This document shows positions 1 through 13,954 of a stretch of 64,000 bases of DNA, piece by piece. The position numbers and the translations under genes were made by a program. The notes below the pieces were generated by a model. The model was not told where the DNA came from. It searched no databases and saw nothing but the letters and a program-made list of their open reading frames with translations. Within the stretch, counting starts at the first letter, position 1. Each line of letters begins with the position of its first letter. Source of the DNA: Octopus sinensis (Eukaryota). The DNA is taken from the NCBI RefSeq assembly GCF_006345805.1, contig NC_042999.1:115072001-115136000 (forward strand). The letters run 5' to 3'.

Positions 1-500
1 ATGCAATTGACCCGCAAATGTTCACCTTAGCTATAGGCAGACTGCATAATGGAAAGGTACTTGGAAGGGACCTAATAGTTGGATACTGGTATAAGAGGCT
101 GACATTTTACAGGAAACCACTAATAAGTATATTCAAAAGTACTATGGAAAATCAGATTGACATACCAAATTGGCTTGTACCAGTGAATTTTGTGGCCAAA
201 ATTGAAACCACCGAGTTACCTGAAAACTGCAGGCCCATTGCTTGTCTAAACATTATGTACAAACTGTACACAAGCTGCCTCAACCAATTCCTCGAGGATC
301 ATTGTAAGTCCAACAACATAGTGACTGATGTGCAGACAGGTTGAAAGAAGTGGCCGTGGGGACGTGACGAACAACTTCTGATAAACAAAGCTGTACTGTC
401 TGAGATAAAAAAAAATTTTTTAAACCATCGTAGGAAGGCATTTGATTCTATTCCCCACTAGGTTCTTGTTTCCTTGAACTAAGAAGGAAATTTCAATTTG
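1..500 (+). mobile_element. Decayed non-LTR retrotransposon RT fragment, R4/Dong-like
   Basis: RPIACLNIMYKLYTS..QTG*KKWPWGRDEQLLINK..KAFDSIPH: early RT motifs with stop and frameshift. Confidence 0.75.
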
Positions 501-519
501 TCGAGATTTTTTGTAGGCA

Positions 520-523
<4 letters not shown>

Positions 524-557
<34 letters not shown>

Positions 558-565
558 TCTCTCTC

Positions 566-602
<37 letters not shown>

Positions 603-616
603 CTCACACACACACC
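524..616. repeat. (CT)n/(CA)n microsatellite
   Basis: Directly visible. Confidence 0.95.
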
Positions 617-929
617 TCAACTTCTGTTGGTCTAGTACTTATTTTATCGAACCCGGGAGGCGAACTTCGACTGAAGACTTAATGAGGTATTGCAAAATGC
701 ATTAAGGCATTTTGTCTGTAACTCTACCTATCCAATTACGCGCCATCCTATTATATATTAATCTAATAATATAATCCATTCTAGAGGGTAATGTTTCTGT
801 TAATGGTGTTAAACGAGACTAAGTTACTTCTGTTCCACTCTAGGATATTTCCCTGATGAAGAATACGCAAGTATGGAAAATGACATTGAAGTTATATACA
901 GATGAAACCCGCGATTTTCGTAGTAAGTA

Positions 930-1440
930 CTGTAAATCTTCGAGTATAGTCTGCCCTTGAGTATAATACGCAGGGGATTTTTAGGGGGTTGTACCTCTGA
1001 AAAACCTAAACCTTGTGTATAATACGCACTCTAACTTGAGTCGTGCGTAATTAAGCCAGCAGCACCTAGTCGAACAAACACTTCCGCGCATATGTAATAC
1101 AATAATGGTGATGTTCTCAACTGTTATATGGGAATGTAAAAATGTTTGCAAATTGTTTTTGTTACATGTTATTCTGTGTTCTGAATACTTTTATTTTAAT
1201 AAATGTTGCATACTGCAAGTTATGGATGATTCTTTTATGACTTCATTGCTTTCAGGCTTAAGGTATTTTCGCGCCCAACATCACAAAATGCGTCTGAATA
1301 AACATTGCCGGACAGCAAATAGAGACTCGGACATTGCTTAGAAAATATTTTTCATTTTTAACTTTGTATATAGTACGCACTAGGGATTTTGACCTTTAAA
1401 TTTTTGGGGGGAAATGCGGATTATACTCGAGGATTTACGG
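930..1440. mobile_element. Tc1/mariner-pogo-type non-autonomous element
   Basis: ~25 bp TIRs (CTGTAAATCTTCGAGTATAGTCTGC / GCGGATTATACTCGAGGATTTACGG), TA on both flanks. Confidence 0.8.
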
Positions 1441-2342
1441 TATATGAAATAGCCGACAATAAACTGAGAAAGAAAATTATTTTTCACTGATAAAGTAACT
1501 TTTGATGAATAAAAGCAATGATTTCTTTCGTTTTTCTTTTATTTTTTTCTTGGTAGAGGTACACGGTTTTTGCACAAAAATCCGAATTGCTTTTTTGTTT
1601 TTGTTTTTTTAATTCCAGAAACTGAAAGAACAATGCATAAGATAGTAATACTGAATCCGATGGATGCAAAGAATTTAACCGCAGAATCACTCTGTTGAAT
1701 ATCTCTAGAAAGTAATTACTCTGAGCCAGAACGGCAATATTAATGAAATTTTTCCATGGGCATTACACGAACTTTCGTATTCAGCTGTTTATTAAATACA
1801 TAAGCAATTAAGAAAAACTAATATTCTTTCACTTTCATTTCATTAACGGATTTTATCGACGACCGCAAAACGGTACCATAAAATGGCTGCTGGTATTTTG
1901 ACACCTTTTGCTTAGAGATTTTTTCTCAATGGCAAACTGCAGTAAATACGGCCATTTTACAAGTTAAATATGTCCCTAACATATTTCAGCTGATCTACGT
2001 GCTTGTTTACTCAAAACACTGCTTTCACGAGCCTTATACAACATATCACATAACTAAACGGAAGACCAACATGAAATCCAAAGTTTAGTGAGAGAAATAT
2101 GTAGCTAGGTATTGTTATTGTTAAGCCTCAGACCAGCCTTGATCGTACAGACTTATTAACAAAAGAATTGTAGATATGACGATCGCGTCTTTTTTCAAGG
2201 AGATTATATCAAGGACAAATTACATCATTATCTAAATACGTTCTTCCGTTTTTTTTTTTCAGACAGTAGGGCGTCGTGATATGAAAGGAATTTAGTTACT
2301 ATTTCTAAATGGTTGAATTATTACATAAACAACTTTGTAGAC

Positions 2343-2670
2343 CAGTGGTTCTCAACTGGGGTCTATGTGACCCCTGAGGGTCCATATAAGATTTTGTAGG
2401 GGTCTACACAACAAAATAGTAAATTGGGGACCCACAATAGTATTTGAAGAGCCCCTTAAAAAATTTTGTTTTAGATATATGTAGCTAGGTTTCTTTCCCT
2501 AACATTTTACACAGTTCAACTTACACAAGTTAATGTGTGAAAAACGATAAAAAGAATTTTGAAAGAAGTTTCTATAAAATTAGCTTTTAGACATCGAATG
2601 GATATGAGGGTCCACCAGAATAAGATAGTTAACAAAGGGTCCACCGGCAAAAAATTGTTGAGAATCCCTG
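2343..2670. mobile_element. hAT (Charlie-like) MITE
   Basis: TIRs CAGTGGTTCTCAAC / GTTGAGAATCCCTG; 8-bp flanks ttgtagac and gcgtagac. Confidence 0.8.
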
Positions 2671-2855
2671 GCGTAGACTAGTTGTGTCAGTGAGTTTATT
2701 AGGTACCCATAATGAGAACGATAGGTTACAACAGCGGTTCTTAACCTCTTTTCCACTATGAACGGGTTTCATGCAAGGCAATTTTTTTCCATAGACAGGC
2801 AGACGACAAAACACGATAAAGTGCATAATATATAATTCAATTATTACATATATAA

Positions 2856-3170
2856 TGGAGGCGCAATGGCCCAGTGGTTAAGGCAGCGGTCGGAGGATCG
2901 CGGTTTCGATTCCCAGACCGGGCGTTGTGTGTGTGTGTGTTTATTGAGCGAAAACACCTAAAGCTCCACGAGGCTCCGGCAGGGGGGGGGCGACCCCTGT
3001 TGTACTATTTCGCCCCAACTTTCTCTCACCCTTTCTTCCCGTTTCTTGATTAACGCTACGATGAACTCGCGTCCCGTCCAGCTGGGGGGAACACATACGC
3101 CATAGAAACCGGGAAATCGGGCCCATGAGCCTGGCTAGGCTTGAAAAGGGCGCATAAATAAATAAAAAAC
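2856..3170 (+). mobile_element. tRNA-derived SINE (family C); related minus copy at ~15235-15480
   Basis: A-box TGGCCCAGTGG, B-box GGTTTCGATTCC, A-rich tail; 3' tail shared with the 15235 copy. Confidence 0.75.
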
Positions 3171-3187
3171 ATATATAATACACATTA

Positions 3188-3502
3188 ACTGGCACTCCGT
3201 CGGTTACAACAACGAGTGTTCCAATCCATTCGATGAACGGAACAGCCTGCTCATGAAATTAACGTGCAAGTGGCTGAGCACTTCACAAACACGCGTACTC
3301 TTAACGTAGTTCTCAGGGAGATTCGGAGTGACACAAAATGTCAAAGCCGACCCTTTGAATTACAAGTACTTTTTTGGTAGCTGAGTGGACTGGAGTAACG
3401 TGAAGGGGCGTGTCTTGCAGAAGGATAAAAATCGTCACCGAGAATCCAACTCTCGACCTTAAAATCGTGAGCTAAATACCCTGACCAGTAAGCCACGCGC
3501 CT
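3188..3502 (-). mobile_element. tRNA-derived SINE (family D); plus copy at ~7524-7915
   Basis: tRNA-like head and shared body AAGGGTACACGTGTCTGTGGAGTGCTCAG; the 7524 copy has an internal ~85-nt duplication. Confidence 0.7.
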
Positions 3503-3699
3503 TGATAATACACACATATTACATAAAAAATAGATATGTAATGCAAAAACAGCCTTCAAGCTGCAATAGTCAATAATGTAGAAATAAAATTTTAAATGGT
3601 CCATGTTCTGGTACTGGTCCGCGGCCCAGTGGTAGGGGACCCCTGGTTTACAGGACACATAGAAATGGGAAGAAGAGTCTACTTCGCCCTCTTAATATC

Positions 3700-3903
3700 T
3701 TTTATCTTTTACTTGTGTCAATCATTAGACTTCGGCCACGCTGGGGCACTGCCGTGAAAGGTTTTTAGTTGAACAAATCGATCCAAGGACTTATTTATTC
3801 TATCGGTCTCTTTTGCCGAACCGCTAAGTTAAGGGGGCGTAAACTCACCATCACCAGTTCTCAATTGGTGGGTGAGACAAACACAGACACAAAGACACAT
3901 GCA

Positions 3904-3980
<77 letters not shown>

Positions 3981-4135
3981 ACGGACTTCTTTCAGTTTCC
4001 ACCTCCTAAATCTACTCACAAGGCTTCGGTCGGCCTGAGGCTATATTAGAAGACACTTGTCCAAAGTGTCACACAATGGGACCGAACCCGGAACCATGTA
4101 GTTGGTAAGCAAGCTTCTTACCACACAGCTACGCC
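3700..4135 (-). mobile_element. tRNA/CORE-like SINE (family A) with internal (TG)n
   Basis: Head GGCTGTGTGGTAAG..GGTTCAGTCCC..CCTTGGGCAAGTG; many copies in the window. Confidence 0.8.
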
Positions 4136-4727
4136 AGAAGGATTGTTTTTCTAAATCTCTTCAACATAATGATAAACCTATACACAACACACAGAATGCT
4201 ACATATTAAATCGGGGTGGGGTAGAATGTAGGTCAGTATGATGAACGTGAGCGTGATTGCGGTCAAAGGTGACAATGAAAAGATCATTATTGTAAACAAC
4301 ATAAGACGTAGGTGGAAGGAATGATTTTAAATAACATAGTTGGAGCTTTAATGTTGGTAAATAATTTAGTGCGTAGTTATGGTTACTATTAGTAGGTAAC
4401 AGGTAGAATAGAAATATTTAAGTGGGCAAAATTCGAAGCTTATCAATTCAAACGTCAACAGTTCGTTTTTAGAAAGTAGTAATGTGATCTGTTCTGGAAA
4501 AATAAGCTAATATTGGCTTCAGTCCTTTTAGTACCGTCCTAGGGGTTGCTTGCACCCCCTCGTACAACCTGGATTTCAGAACTCTTACAAGTACGCGCGC
4601 GCGCGCGTGTGTGTGTGTGCACGCACAAACATAAGAAACATTCAGCACATTTAGTAGTAGTTAAATACATTTTAAATAACATTTTGACCCGGCTCCGTAT
4701 GATTTAAAGTTTCGTAAGGCCCATTAT

Positions 4728-4766
<39 letters not shown>

Positions 4767-5229
4767 TATATATACGAGCAAAACGCCCCCCGTCCAATGG
4801 ACGGTGCTGAGTTGTCAAACATTTAAACCAAATTTTTTTCAAAACAACTTATCCGACCGTCCCATAGGCCTCCTCCTTTGAGAAACACTGATTTGACCTA
4901 AATTTGAGACACCAGCAAAAGAAGAAATAAAGATAGACATTTTTTCTATTCCAAAGAAAAACGATTTCATTCACACAAATATGCAACCGAAGTGTTTAAA
5001 GTACCAGTAATGATAAGGCTGTTGACTGGGAGAAAACAAACATGGTTTAAACAGTAAGCTTGGCAAGAAAGAAACGTGCCTTTAAGCAGTACAAAAACAA
5101 CAAAAAATGGAAGGTGCAGTTATGTATAGGTTGACGGAAGAAAAGCAGGACAAAATCGGCTTTATCGATCGCATTCTCACCTGGAATCGATGTTTGTAAT
5201 TTTTTCAAGACTTATACACGCCCTGATAC

Positions 5230-5335
5230 CGTCGGTATCTACATATCAAATTTGAACACAATCGGCTGGAGGATGCCCAAGATCCTAGAAGATACACACA
5301 GAGACAGACAGAACAGATTTTATATAATAGATATG
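5230..5335 (-). mobile_element. Possible Helitron-type terminus
   Basis: Minus strand reads ATCTATTATATAAAATCTGTTCTGTCTGTC, resembling Helitron-derived 5' ends. Confidence 0.35.
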
Positions 5336-5343
5336 TACATATG

Positions 5344-5344
<1 letters not shown>

Positions 5345-5375
<31 letters not shown>

Positions 5376-5436
5376 TGTATGTATGTATGTATGTATGTAT
5401 GTATGTATGTATGTATGTATGTATGTATGTATGTAT
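5345..5436. repeat. (TATG)n microsatellite
   Basis: Directly visible. Confidence 0.95.
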
Positions 5437-5904
5437 TTGTGTAGGAATAAAGTGTTTATTACAGTTTATTAAATATAGGAATAAACCGTTTATTTTATCA
5501 TTTTCATTTTTCTCTTTTATTTCAAAGACACCTCCTCAAACGCAAGACGTGTTGCCCCAAGCATGTGACACCCCAAGCAACTGTCCAAGTTGTCGGTCGG
5601 TACCTTCAGCTAGCTCCGTGTAAATTTGAAGTCGATCCCAGAATTGCGAGGAAAAATATAGAAAGTGGAACATTGCTTCTGATGTACTACAATTCTACTA
5701 ATGCGGGATAATGCCTTTTTGTATTTAGTCATATCAGTTTATTTTGTGACTTCAGATCACTACTGTATCAATGTTAACCTTCATCCTTCCGAGATCGAAG
5801 TGGTTTGAAAACCACTGGTGTAGTGTACCCAATCGTCTATCAGTATTAGAACAACTAGTCCAGGGCTGCATGAGACATGACTCATTATTAGGTGGGCCAC
5901 TAAA

Positions 5905-6105
5905 GCGGCGAGCTGGCAGAATCGTTAGCACGCCGGGCGAAATGCTTAGCGCCGCTATGTTCTGAGTTCAAATTCCGCCTATTTTGACTTTGATTTCATC
6001 CTTTCGGGGTCGATAAATTAAGTACTAGTTAAGTACTGAGGTCGATGTAATTGACTTGCTCCTTCCCCAAAAAATTCCAGGCCTTGTGCCTATAGCAGAA
6101 AAGAT
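5905..6105 (+). mobile_element. SINE family B (GGCGAGCTGGCAGAA..CTTTCATCCTTTCGGGGTCGATAAA..GTACCAG)
   Basis: High-copy element, also at ~9400-9775(-), 10595-10750(-), 13310-13515(-), 18972-20455, 24990-25350, 33845-34055, 41321-41782, 47670-47870(-). Confidence 0.8.
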
Positions 6106-9100
6106 AATTTGGCGGGCCACTACTAAAAACATTCAAAGTAATTTTCTTTAGGCGTGCCATTCAGAAAGTCCTGTGGGTGACAGTTTGCCCATGACTGGTC
6201 TATTACGATCCACATCGCCAAGAAAGCGTTCACACTATACGTTCTGGTTTCAGTTCCCACAGTGGTCAACTTTGCCTTTCATCTTCCCGGGGGTGGGGGT
6301 CAATAAAATAAAGTATCAGTTGATTGGTTCGATGATATCGACTAAGACTAGATTCTCGCCCCTGGAAACTACTAGACTCGTGTTTAAATCAGAAATCCTT
6401 ATATACCGGTTGCTTCGAAGTTTATTATATTACAGATATTCAGTAAATAATGTAAACTGATCCCTCCGTCGGGTTCAACGATGAGAAGTATTTCAATTGT
6501 TCGATTAAAAGAACAACCTATTCGTTGCGTCAATGTGAATATGTCTGAGTATTCTGCTGACATTTGTATTCTTAATGTTATCCCCAAGCTGAATCAGCAT
6601 AATATAATGTGTGACAAAATTACCTTTCGTCCAGCCGACAAACTTCTATACTGTTTAAAACTATCCAGTTTCACTCGCAATCCCTGAGTTGATCCGGGGC
6701 TGTGGTGAACAATATATATTTTTAAAAACGGGTGAATCTAGTGTAGGTTCAACGACTGCCTCGCAATAAGACGGGCCCTCAGAAATTCCAGGTTGATGTC
6801 CGGCGTGCTGTTAGACCACTGGGAGTGATGCACTCCTTACCTTTTGTTAAAGTAGGTCTCTATAGCCCACTTCAAACACCAGGATACGTCTGCTCCGATA
6901 ATCGGGTGACTTGGTCGGCGAATCTTCTGCGACGGTCGACTATCGACAAGATGTGCTGCTACGGATCTTACAACCATAAAGTATATATGCATGTGACTGG
7001 CGACCACACGTAAACTTGTATTCCCATTGAAACTCTGAACATGAACTCAACACCTCGACAGCTAATGATGACTACGGCTATGGCGTCCGCGCTATCCGAC
7101 GCGCTTGCTCTTCCAGTAGGGCATTTTTCCATCGGATGTCGTCAGTACTCGGGAAGAACGTAGTTAACTCGTTAGTCGGAGCCGGCTTAACTCACCCTGG
7201 GTGAATGCCGGCGCAAGTACAAGTACAAAAACGACATATATCCAAGGTACCTTTCAGTGGAGTTGAACCAAACACTCTATAACTTCGAAGCGATCGTCTT
7301 AGCCATGAACTAGGCTTGTGTCTCAGGTAGCTAATGTGCGAGTTATTTCTCATAATTTATACAACGCGGGATAAGTATTAGACTACCCACAGTTATTAGA
7401 ATAACAAATATAATATTTATTCCAAAGTCGAGTTATAATAGTATTGTCGTTGTAGAAGTCCCTGTCTAGGGATGAATCACAAATGCGAGAGTTGATATCT
7501 CGTCTTTGTTATCCAACTCTGTAAAGGCGCGTGGCAAAGTGGTTAGGTTATACGGCTCAAGATCGTGAGTTCGATATCTGGAGACACGTTGTGTCCTTGA
7601 GCAAGGCACTTTATTTCATGTTGCTCCAGTCCACTTAGCTGGCAAAAAATAAGTAGTACCTGTAATTCAAAGAGCCAACCTTGTCACATTCTGTGTCACT
7701 CTGTATCTCCTCTTAAGGGTACACGTGTCTGTGGAGTGCTCAGTCACTTGCGCATTAATTTCAAGAGCAAGCTGTTCCACTGACCGAACCTAGAACTACG
7801 TTAAGGGTACGCGTGTTTGTGGAGTGTTTAGCTACTTACGCGTTAATTTCACAAGCAGTCTGTTCCGTTCATCGGATCAACTGGAACATTCGTAGTCGTA
7901 ACTGATGGAGTGCTGGTTATTCAACACTTCGGTATCAGTTATGTAAGAGAAGACCTAATTCAAGTAATTACAAAACAAGTGGAAGAAGGGGTGGAACACT
8001 GAAAATGACAAGTGATTTGATGTCCAACAATAATGAGACCGTATTTTTCTAAATCCAGTAAGGGTTTCTAACTCATGTATGGTACTTGGGATGTTTTGCG
8101 AGAAATAAAATGAGAGGTCGTTACCATGAGGACTTTCCCAAGAACTTTATAAATAATGTAAATCATGTAAAACAGCTCCAAACAGAAATCGATTAAGGGT
8201 GACAAACACATTAATTATAGAAACTGAAAGCGTATTTTTCGACCACTTGTCTACTTCGCAGATTTTTGATTGTAAAGGTGGAAAGAGAGAAAAATTTAGA
8301 AAAAATATCGCCGACACTCTGCACGAATTACATACACAGACTAGAGACACTAGAACCATTCCTGCCAAATTATTGGCTCACAAATGACTGGAAATGAAAT
8401 GGGTGCTGCTGTGTCTATGAACATAAAGCCAGAAGAAATTACGCTAAACATTTTGTCCGGTGCGATAACAATTCTGCCAGCTCGTCGTCTTAGCTTCATC
8501 TCACGTTGCTCTGCGATCACTTCGACACCTGACGCGTGACACACAGTGAACCTCTTCAGACAACGTCTATTTGATGGAGCGAATGAGCTAATGTGCGGCA
8601 CGAACATTTATTCGCCATAAACAAATTAATTGTACAGGTTGTTCGGCAAAAAGCTGAATGCTCATACGTTGTCTTCGACGGGAGAGCCCATCGTTCATTT
8701 TGTACATCATGTACAAGTGCCTTTGTATTTATTATTATTTCATTTATTTTACTGAATTTTAGAAAAATTGAAGCATATCTTTGACAATTCCTGAACGTAT
8801 TAAACTTGAATTTTTGTGTGAATTTTTGCTCACCCTACTTAATAACACATACATATAACAAATACATATTTTGTCCTGATAAATACTTCATTGTTATTTG
8901 CACTTACGTCTTCAATGAGGATATAATGATAACATATAAACTTATATAAATTTAACTTTTGGCCACTACTGACCCAGTTGCGTCTAACTTCGTAGGATCA
9001 CCTAAGTAAGTGTTTTAAGACATCATAGCCTACTCGAGTTGTTTTCCGAGATGTTTCCGAACGCCAGCAGTTTGTCTGTATGATAGAGTTCTTTTAAAAC

Positions 9101-10101
9101 CTCGAGCAGTATAAGACTCACAATAAATTCTACTAGTATGTTTACTTTTTTTTTTTTCTATTATATTCACTAGATAGTGCGCACATATACTTTCATTTCT
9201 GCTATCCGAACGTCTCGACATTGTGGACGATATATAAGAAACACTCTTCTAGAAAGTTCACATGACCAACATTTAATCGAAAAAGTTACCTTTCTTTCGG
9301 AATGTTCTCGCGATAATTTTTTCCATAAAAAGAAATTGTTAGATTTACAAACCATCTTGCGTTGTTCCAATATTCCAATATTCTAGTATTCCTTAAAATA
9401 AATTTCAAATTTTGGCACAAGGCCAACAATTTCGAGGAATGAGGTAAGTCCATTACATCGACCCCAGTGCTCAACTGGTACTTATTTTATTGACCCTCAA
9501 AAAATGAAAGGCAAAGTCGACCGCGGCGGAATTTGACCTCAGAACATAAAGACGAACAAAATGCCGGTGAGCATTTTTTCCGGTATACTAACGATTCTGC
9601 CAGCTTGCCTTTGAATATTGGTTTCAATTTTTGGCACAATGCCCGTAAGCTCAAGGGATGGGGTAAGTCGATAACATTGACCTTTTTCTCAACTGGTACT
9701 TATTTTATTGACCCCGGATGCTCAACTTATACTTATTTTTATCGACTCCGGATGAGTGAAAGGCAAAGTCGACCTCCTGATTCATTTCTATTATTGTTTA
9801 ATGACAAAAGAAGTTGACTGAAATACGATGTAAGATTTTATTGGTGCTGGAAGTCATTAGCGAAGATTAAAAGATATTAAAACTGACTACGATGAATCTC
9901 ACTTTCAAAGTTCTTCATTTATCGATCCAAAGGTTCTTTTGCCTCCCATGAGTCATTTGAAAACTCTGATGAAACTGTGCATTCTTAAAGAGAAACGGGT
10001 TTTACTTCTGATGACGAAGCAGAGGCGTGTCTTGAGTATTTTAAACTTGGTGGAACCCAACCCATTCCAGCTTTGATGCAGTTGATTTCTTCGAGGGAGA
10101 A

Positions 10102-10136
<35 letters not shown>

Positions 10137-10764
10137 ATCCCAGTACTTAACTCATACTTTATTTATGGACCCCAAAGGGACAAAATATACTGTTAACATC
10201 GGTGGGATTAGAACTCAGAGAGCCAGACCGAATTTTACAAAACATTCTAGTCAACGCTGTAACAACTCTGCCAACTTGATTTCTTCGCGTAAAGGATTAT
10301 TTCAGCATTCCAAACACCAACTACAACACTTTCAGCCAACAACAGTAATCGCAAACACCAACAACTGTGCTAACGAGTAATTCTCTACCAGGCCTCTCGG
10401 TCTGCTAGAAATAGCAATCGAACATCACTGAAATCACATGAAAACACAATAACTTTAGTTACTCCTACTATGTCTTACCTTCCAGACTGCGCTAGACATT
10501 TTAACAATTTTTATTCCCAGAACTACAGTCTCCCGGATCTCCCTTTCTGAGTACATTTCCCCTAAAAGTGTAAAACTGTAGCAGTTGAAATATTGATTTC
10601 AAATTTTGGCCCGAGAGACGAGCTAAGTCGATTACATCGACCCCAGTGTTCAGTTGGTACTTAATTTAGCGACCCCGAAAATATGAAAGGCAAAGTCACC
10701 GCTAAGTCTTTCACCCGACGTGCTAACGATTCTGCCAGTTCGCCGCCTTAATACTCTTTTACTC

Positions 10765-11166
10765 TTTTCTCTTTTACTTGTTTCAGTCATTTCACTGCAG
10801 CCATGCTGGAGCACCGCCTTTAATCGAGCAACTCGACCCCAGGACTTATTCTTTTGTAAGCCCAGTACTTATTCTATCGGTCTCTTTTGCCGAACCGCTA
10901 AGTAACGGGGACATAAACACACCAGCATCGGTTGTCAAGCAATGCTAGGGGGACAAACACAGATACACAAACACATACACACACACATATATATATATAT
11001 ACATATATACGACAGGCTTCTTTCAGTTTCCGTCTACCAAATCCACTCACAAGGCATTGGTCGGTCCGGGGCTATAGCAGAAGACACTTGCCCAAGATGC
11101 CACGCAGTGGGACTGAACCCGGAACCATGTGGTTGGTTAGCAAGCTACTTACCACACAGCCACTCC

Positions 11167-11168
<2 letters not shown>
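10765..11168 (-). mobile_element. SINE family A, young copy
   Basis: Almost identical to the copy at 36460-36847; CpGs retained. Confidence 0.85.

Positions 11169-11218
<50 letters not shown>
11168..11218. repeat. (AAT)n microsatellite
   Basis: Directly visible. Confidence 0.95.
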
Positions 11219-11699
11219 TGCAAGGTAAAAATTAGAGCACAGAAATTGCTTTTGAGCTCAAATCACGCTAGATTTGGCAATAATTGTTATCCCTTCAGGG
11301 GTCGATAAGATAAGAACTATTAAATATCCCGTTGACTTTACCTCGATCTACAAATATTAGACGTGTTCTAAACTAAAAAAGAAATCAAAATCTTTATATG
11401 ACGTTCTATAAATAAATAAATAAATAAATAAAATGTAGTTTCAACTTCATAATATTTTAAATCTTTTTTTTTTTTTGTTTAAATATTTTTCTAATTTGTA
11501 ACAAGAACCCTAGAGACACATTGTTTCGAAAAACATTGATTTAACAAATGATATTTAAATACCATTTCCATGATTCACTAAAATATTGATTTTAATCCGG
11601 GCATTGTCATTAATATCGCTACATATTTTGCTGGAAATGCTAGTCAAACGGTATTCAGTAGTCGTTCAGATCGGACGATAAAGTTAACAACTATAATAT

Positions 11700-12150
11700 A
11701 AGGGAAGTAACTCGGGTTGAACAGTCAATGTTCTCCATACTCTATACGTGGTGACTTCATAGTTTTAGTGGTCGGCAAAGCTTACAATTGTCGATTTTCT
11801 ACAGATTAAAAAGACATTTTGCATTTAAGGTTCTTTCAACATAGGTCAAATCTATTCTTGATAGACTTTATTTTTGTTTCTATTGCGAAAGTGTTCTGTC
11901 TAGTCAGCTTGTTGCATTGTTTCATAAACAATTTCTATAATATGCCACTTGTTGGTTGACAGAACTCCAACATACTGTCTTTTTTAAAGGTCTTATTTTT
12001 ATTATTATTATTATCATACAGGCATATTTCATTTCTCCTGTCCTTTGTCTGTGCAGATAAATCGAATGCCTATGGCTAGTCCATTAATGTTGTAATTAAT
12101 TCAATTACTTTGCAAATATGTTTTTGTAAGAATCCAATCCTTGATTAAGC
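11700..12150 (-). mobile_element. Possible heavily decayed Penelope-like RT remnant
   Basis: Fragments INGLAIG and TFAIET loosely resemble GxAMG and FTxExE motifs; many disruptions. Confidence 0.3.
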
Positions 12151-13954
12151 TTGCTTCCCAAAGAATACTATATCATTCGAGTTCTTGGAGAGAAAATTAG
12201 GCAGTTTTTTTATTGCTTCCCACAAAAAATTATATTTATTGTTCTAGGAACTGTGTTAGATTTCTTGATTACAATTTCGATATGTTTATAGAAACAAAAA
12301 TCCTTATCATAAACAACATCGTATCTTGTTCTTTTTCATCTATCTCAACCATACGATATTTCATTTAATAGAAACATTCAGATACCTTTGTCTTCATTAT
12401 CTGTCAATTACTATAAGTTAATCGTATAGGCTTATATATGTGCATTGGTACTAACTTCTGATAAACAAGTAAATATATGTCTATTTATCTCATTTGTCAG
12501 TCTACCTCTCTCCTCATTTATTTATCACATATGTATCTCTGCTTAGCTATTGTTTATCTATCAATCTATTTATCTATCTATTTATTCATTTATTTTTATG
12601 CCTTTCTACTTATCTTTATAGGGCTTACTGAAAATCTCTCGAAAACAGATTCTCTCAACATAAGCACACACTCAGTCACTCAAAAAGACACCACACTACC
12701 CAAATATATGTAAGATGATAAAATTGACGATAGTTGATTGGGCCATTGCAAAACACGCATCCATCCGCCTCTCATGACATTCTTTACATCCTTTTGCAAC
12801 CTCGAAAAACACAGTGTGCTGTAAACTCTAAACACAACAAACTAACCATAATGATTTGGGACAGAGAAAAGAAAGTGTGCACAGGAGTACAAATCAGTTG
12901 TACAACAAATATTAACAAAATGTTGAAGAAAGAACAAAGCGAAAACAGCTATGCTAAACTAATGAAAAACCAGCATAAACTAGCCCCAGTCTATCACTTT
13001 AGATTTATACCTGTAACGGCCTCGGCACCAATCCTGAGCGGTTATACTTCACAAAATCATAATGACCACGGTTGATTAGAAAAGTACAAGCCATTGTAAA
13101 AACATGTAAAGCATTCCAGATATTTAGATTATAACACAAGTATATAACCTAGAGCTGTTGAAGAGGAAAATCAAACGTATCGAGACCCTATATGTACAGT
13201 CCTTTCTTTCCCTCTGTGCCAAATCAATTTAAAAACAAAAAAGATTTTGTAAGGGTTAATATTGAGAGTTTAACATTTTTATTCTTTTACTTCCATTTCC
13301 ATACTCTACAATTTCAAATTTAGGCACAAGGTCAGCAATTTCAGAGGGTAAATCGATTACATCAACCCCACCCTTCAGCTGGTACTTTTTTTTTTTTTGA
13401 CCCCGAAAAATGAAAGGCAAAGTTGACCTCGGAGGAATTTGAACCCACAACGTAAAGACAGACGAAATACTGCTAATCGTTTTGTCCGGTCTGCTAACGA
13501 TTCTCTGCCAGTTCACCGAATGATGAAAATTATGATCAGGAAGATACTTATGATGGTGATGTTAATGTAGTTTTGTTTTTGTTTATTTGTTTTCGTTTTG
13601 TTTTGGGTTTTTTTCTAAGTTCATACACACGAATAGCTCTACATCATCATCATGACCACTATCATCATCAACACTACTACCACCATCAACATCATCATCA
13701 CCACAGTTCAGAGTTACCTGAGAAGACACTCTTCGGGGCCGCCTTAGCAGCATTATAGGTCATCGGGAAAATCGCTGCACTGAAGCTATAGTATATATTT
13801 ATGTACATTAAGCCACAGCTTAGATCAGAATTGGGTGCCCAGGCCCGTAAGATCCCCATCCCGAACAAGTACCCAGTGTTCCCATACCTTAAGATGACAC
13901 TGACAATATTTCTATTACATCACATGGAGTATCTCCATGTTGGTTCAACTAAAA

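Noticed and set aside
845-895. CTGATGA..ATAC-GCAA-GTAT..GAAA hammerhead-like string
   Set aside because: Stem I and the cleavage triplet cannot be formed convincingly.
2856-2930. tRNA-like A/B boxes here and at other SINE heads
   Set aside because: No full cloverleaf; they continue into SINE bodies.
8120-8133. GTTACCATGAGGAC X-box match
   Set aside because: 8 kb from the IQCB1 start with no other support; the degenerate consensus occurs by chance.
9960-10030. Two CTGATGA motifs with GAAA nearby, in coding-like sequence
   Set aside because: No stem II, and no stop-free frame with recognisable homology.
12734-13075. 113-aa ORF
   Set aside because: Non-ATG start, no recognisable domain or splice context.
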